From Tricharina praecox (taxonomy: Eukaryota), in contig NW_026250405.1 of the NCBI RefSeq assembly GCF_024521635.1, positions 248,001-312,000 on the forward strand: a stretch of 64,000 nucleotides of DNA, in the 5' to 3' direction. The translations under genes and the position numbers were made by a program. Position 1 is the first letter of the stretch; each line of letters starts with the position of its first letter. Under the pieces are notes generated by a model. That model saw only the letters and a list, made by a program, of their open reading frames with translations, made no database searches and was not told where the DNA came from. Below, piece after piece: positions 62,162 through 64,000 of this stretch.

Positions 62162-64000
62162 CCAGGCACGCAACGCAGGTACGGATGACCCGAGTTAAGA
62201 TGCGAGACCTGTTTCGGTCGGCTTGCGGCCCGCTGCCCGCGTCAGAGACCTGCGATGGTCACCGTTTTTGCGGGCGTATGGAGCCTGGCCTTGCAAACAC
62301 GCGGGCCATAGGAGCGAGTACATCGTGTCGTACACACGCCCGGTACCCAGAGAGGTACCCACACGGCAGCGTGCGAGAAGGCCAGGCCCTCTTGTTATAC
62401 TCGAGAGAGACACGCGAGGAGCAAGTAGAGTACTCGTCAGTTGTGACCGGCGGGCCCCACTTCCCCCAGCTGTAAACTCAGCGAGCGTATTCCTCCTTGT
62501 CTCCGCCCGCGGCTCTGCACGCTTACCGCTGCAGACTTGCAGACTTGCAGTCTCAGTTTTCTCCAGAGACAGAGGCAGCAATCGTTCGGATAGAGCTACA
62601 CCCCGCACGATCTAGCGTTCTGGCTTGGGTTCGGTATCTTATGTATCATGTATGTACGAAATACCTTCTGTGTACATTGGGTACTTGCTGACCAGTTCGG
62701 ACAGATGCGGAGAACGATCCGACCCGACACTTTCGATTGGCCGCGGGCAGCAGAGGGGAAGATTCTGTCTGTCCAGCCAGTGGGGCAGTGGGCGAGTGGA
62801 CCAGAGGCCTTGGCCGTTCATGTGCCGACCCGGCTCCTCTGCGCACGCAATTCGATGCAGTGGGTGCCTGGTAGGTGGCATACGAGGTGTTCTACTATGT
62901 AACGATACTTCTCGCGCTGTACGGCCATAGAATCAGCCGGAAGAGCCCGCGGAGAACGAGTGGAACCGGCATCGAGCCAACGACCCAACGACTGAAGCAC
63001 AATGTCGTGCTTCGACGGACTGGGTATGCACATACGAAGCAGACGGTCGTGACGCCGAACGAGAAGCAAACACGATGAACACGACGGGCGCGATGGACAC
63101 GACGAATACGACGCGCAGGAAGCGGAGCACGTCACCGCGGCGGCAATTGGCTTTGCGCATCTATAAAATTGCTGTGACACGGTTGCGTGTTCTATACGGT
63201 TATATATCGCGGCAGATAACTCTCTTGAGCCTACATCTAGATTCTAGGCATCATACCTGTGAGCACCCGGGCGGGGTAACGGTGGTCTGGTCTGGCCTGG
63301 TGACAGCGACTCCACGTCATGCCGTCTCACTCACCGGCTGCTTGGCGGGGCCCTGGCCACCACGTTTGGGGGTTGCGGACTTGCGGTATGTACCCTGTTG
63401 GGTATGCGCCCGTCAGATGTCATATCGATGGCCAGGATTCGTTTTCGCGAGGGATGAGAGACTTTTCGTCGCCAAGATAAGATTCGTTCGAGTGTCAACC
63501 TAGCTCTGATGATTGATACCTAGCTTAGTACGTACTGCGTACATAGCGGTGGCCTCTGGAGATTGATTGCGAGCTGATGTCCAAGCCAGCGAATGGATTC
63601 TGACCCGAGTCCCATTGGGTGCTCAAACGAATGCGCCCAGTCCTGACGTTAGGTTGCACACACCGTTTCTCTCGACATACCTCCTACTCTATATAGCAGT
63701 ATGCACTATGCACACCTCTGCACCTCTGCCCTCGTTCGCACCGTCCCTACGCGGAGTGCCATGCATGCGGATATAGTGTCTAGAGCGCCAGTCTTCTCCA
63801 CGACTTCCGTTGCAGCACAGCCCCTCACGCCGACTCCGGGCCGTGTTCCAGGAGGTACAAAGTGGAGACACAACCATGCGATGTCCCGGGATCGGCCCAT
63901 TCCTGTGCTCCGGGTCGCCATAACGTCCTGTCGGGACCCGGTATGTTGCGATTTTCCGCAGCCGTTGGAGATCCATATGCTCTGCGCCGCGTGGATGATG

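Overview
Eukaryotic DNA from a filamentous ascomycete (Pezizomycotina). It has short GT-AG introns with CTRAY branch points, CT-rich leaders and many microsatellites; a Pezizomycete origin is my inference. Recognisable genes: an RlpA/DPBB expansin-like protein, a tandem pair of ~70-aa Cys/His proteins, a secreted Ser/Thr-rich protein, a PRISE-type short-chain reductase, two MFS transporters, a 2049-aa Q/P-rich protein, a 48-aa single-TM microprotein, a large 6xWSC secreted protein, a tandem pair of uncharacterised multipass membrane proteins, a long-chain fatty alcohol oxidase, a leucine aminopeptidase pseudogene and a Pra1/Asp f 2 zincophore with a ZafA-type site. Two accessory zones (about 8.5-12 kb and 41.6-44.5 kb) hold inverted copies of one degenerate repeat family, and two related CCGTA-TIR DNA-transposon derivatives are present. 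Top observations: (1) a ~1-kb non-coding element inside that repeat family, with a TATA box, an apparent spliceosomal intron, many stems, and three 11-bp hairpins showing compensatory base-pair changes around a conserved 12-nt TACTAY loop; (2) a duplicated Cys/His gene whose only lesion is TAG at the codon that is TGG (Trp) in its paralog, a candidate for A-to-I stop-codon repair.
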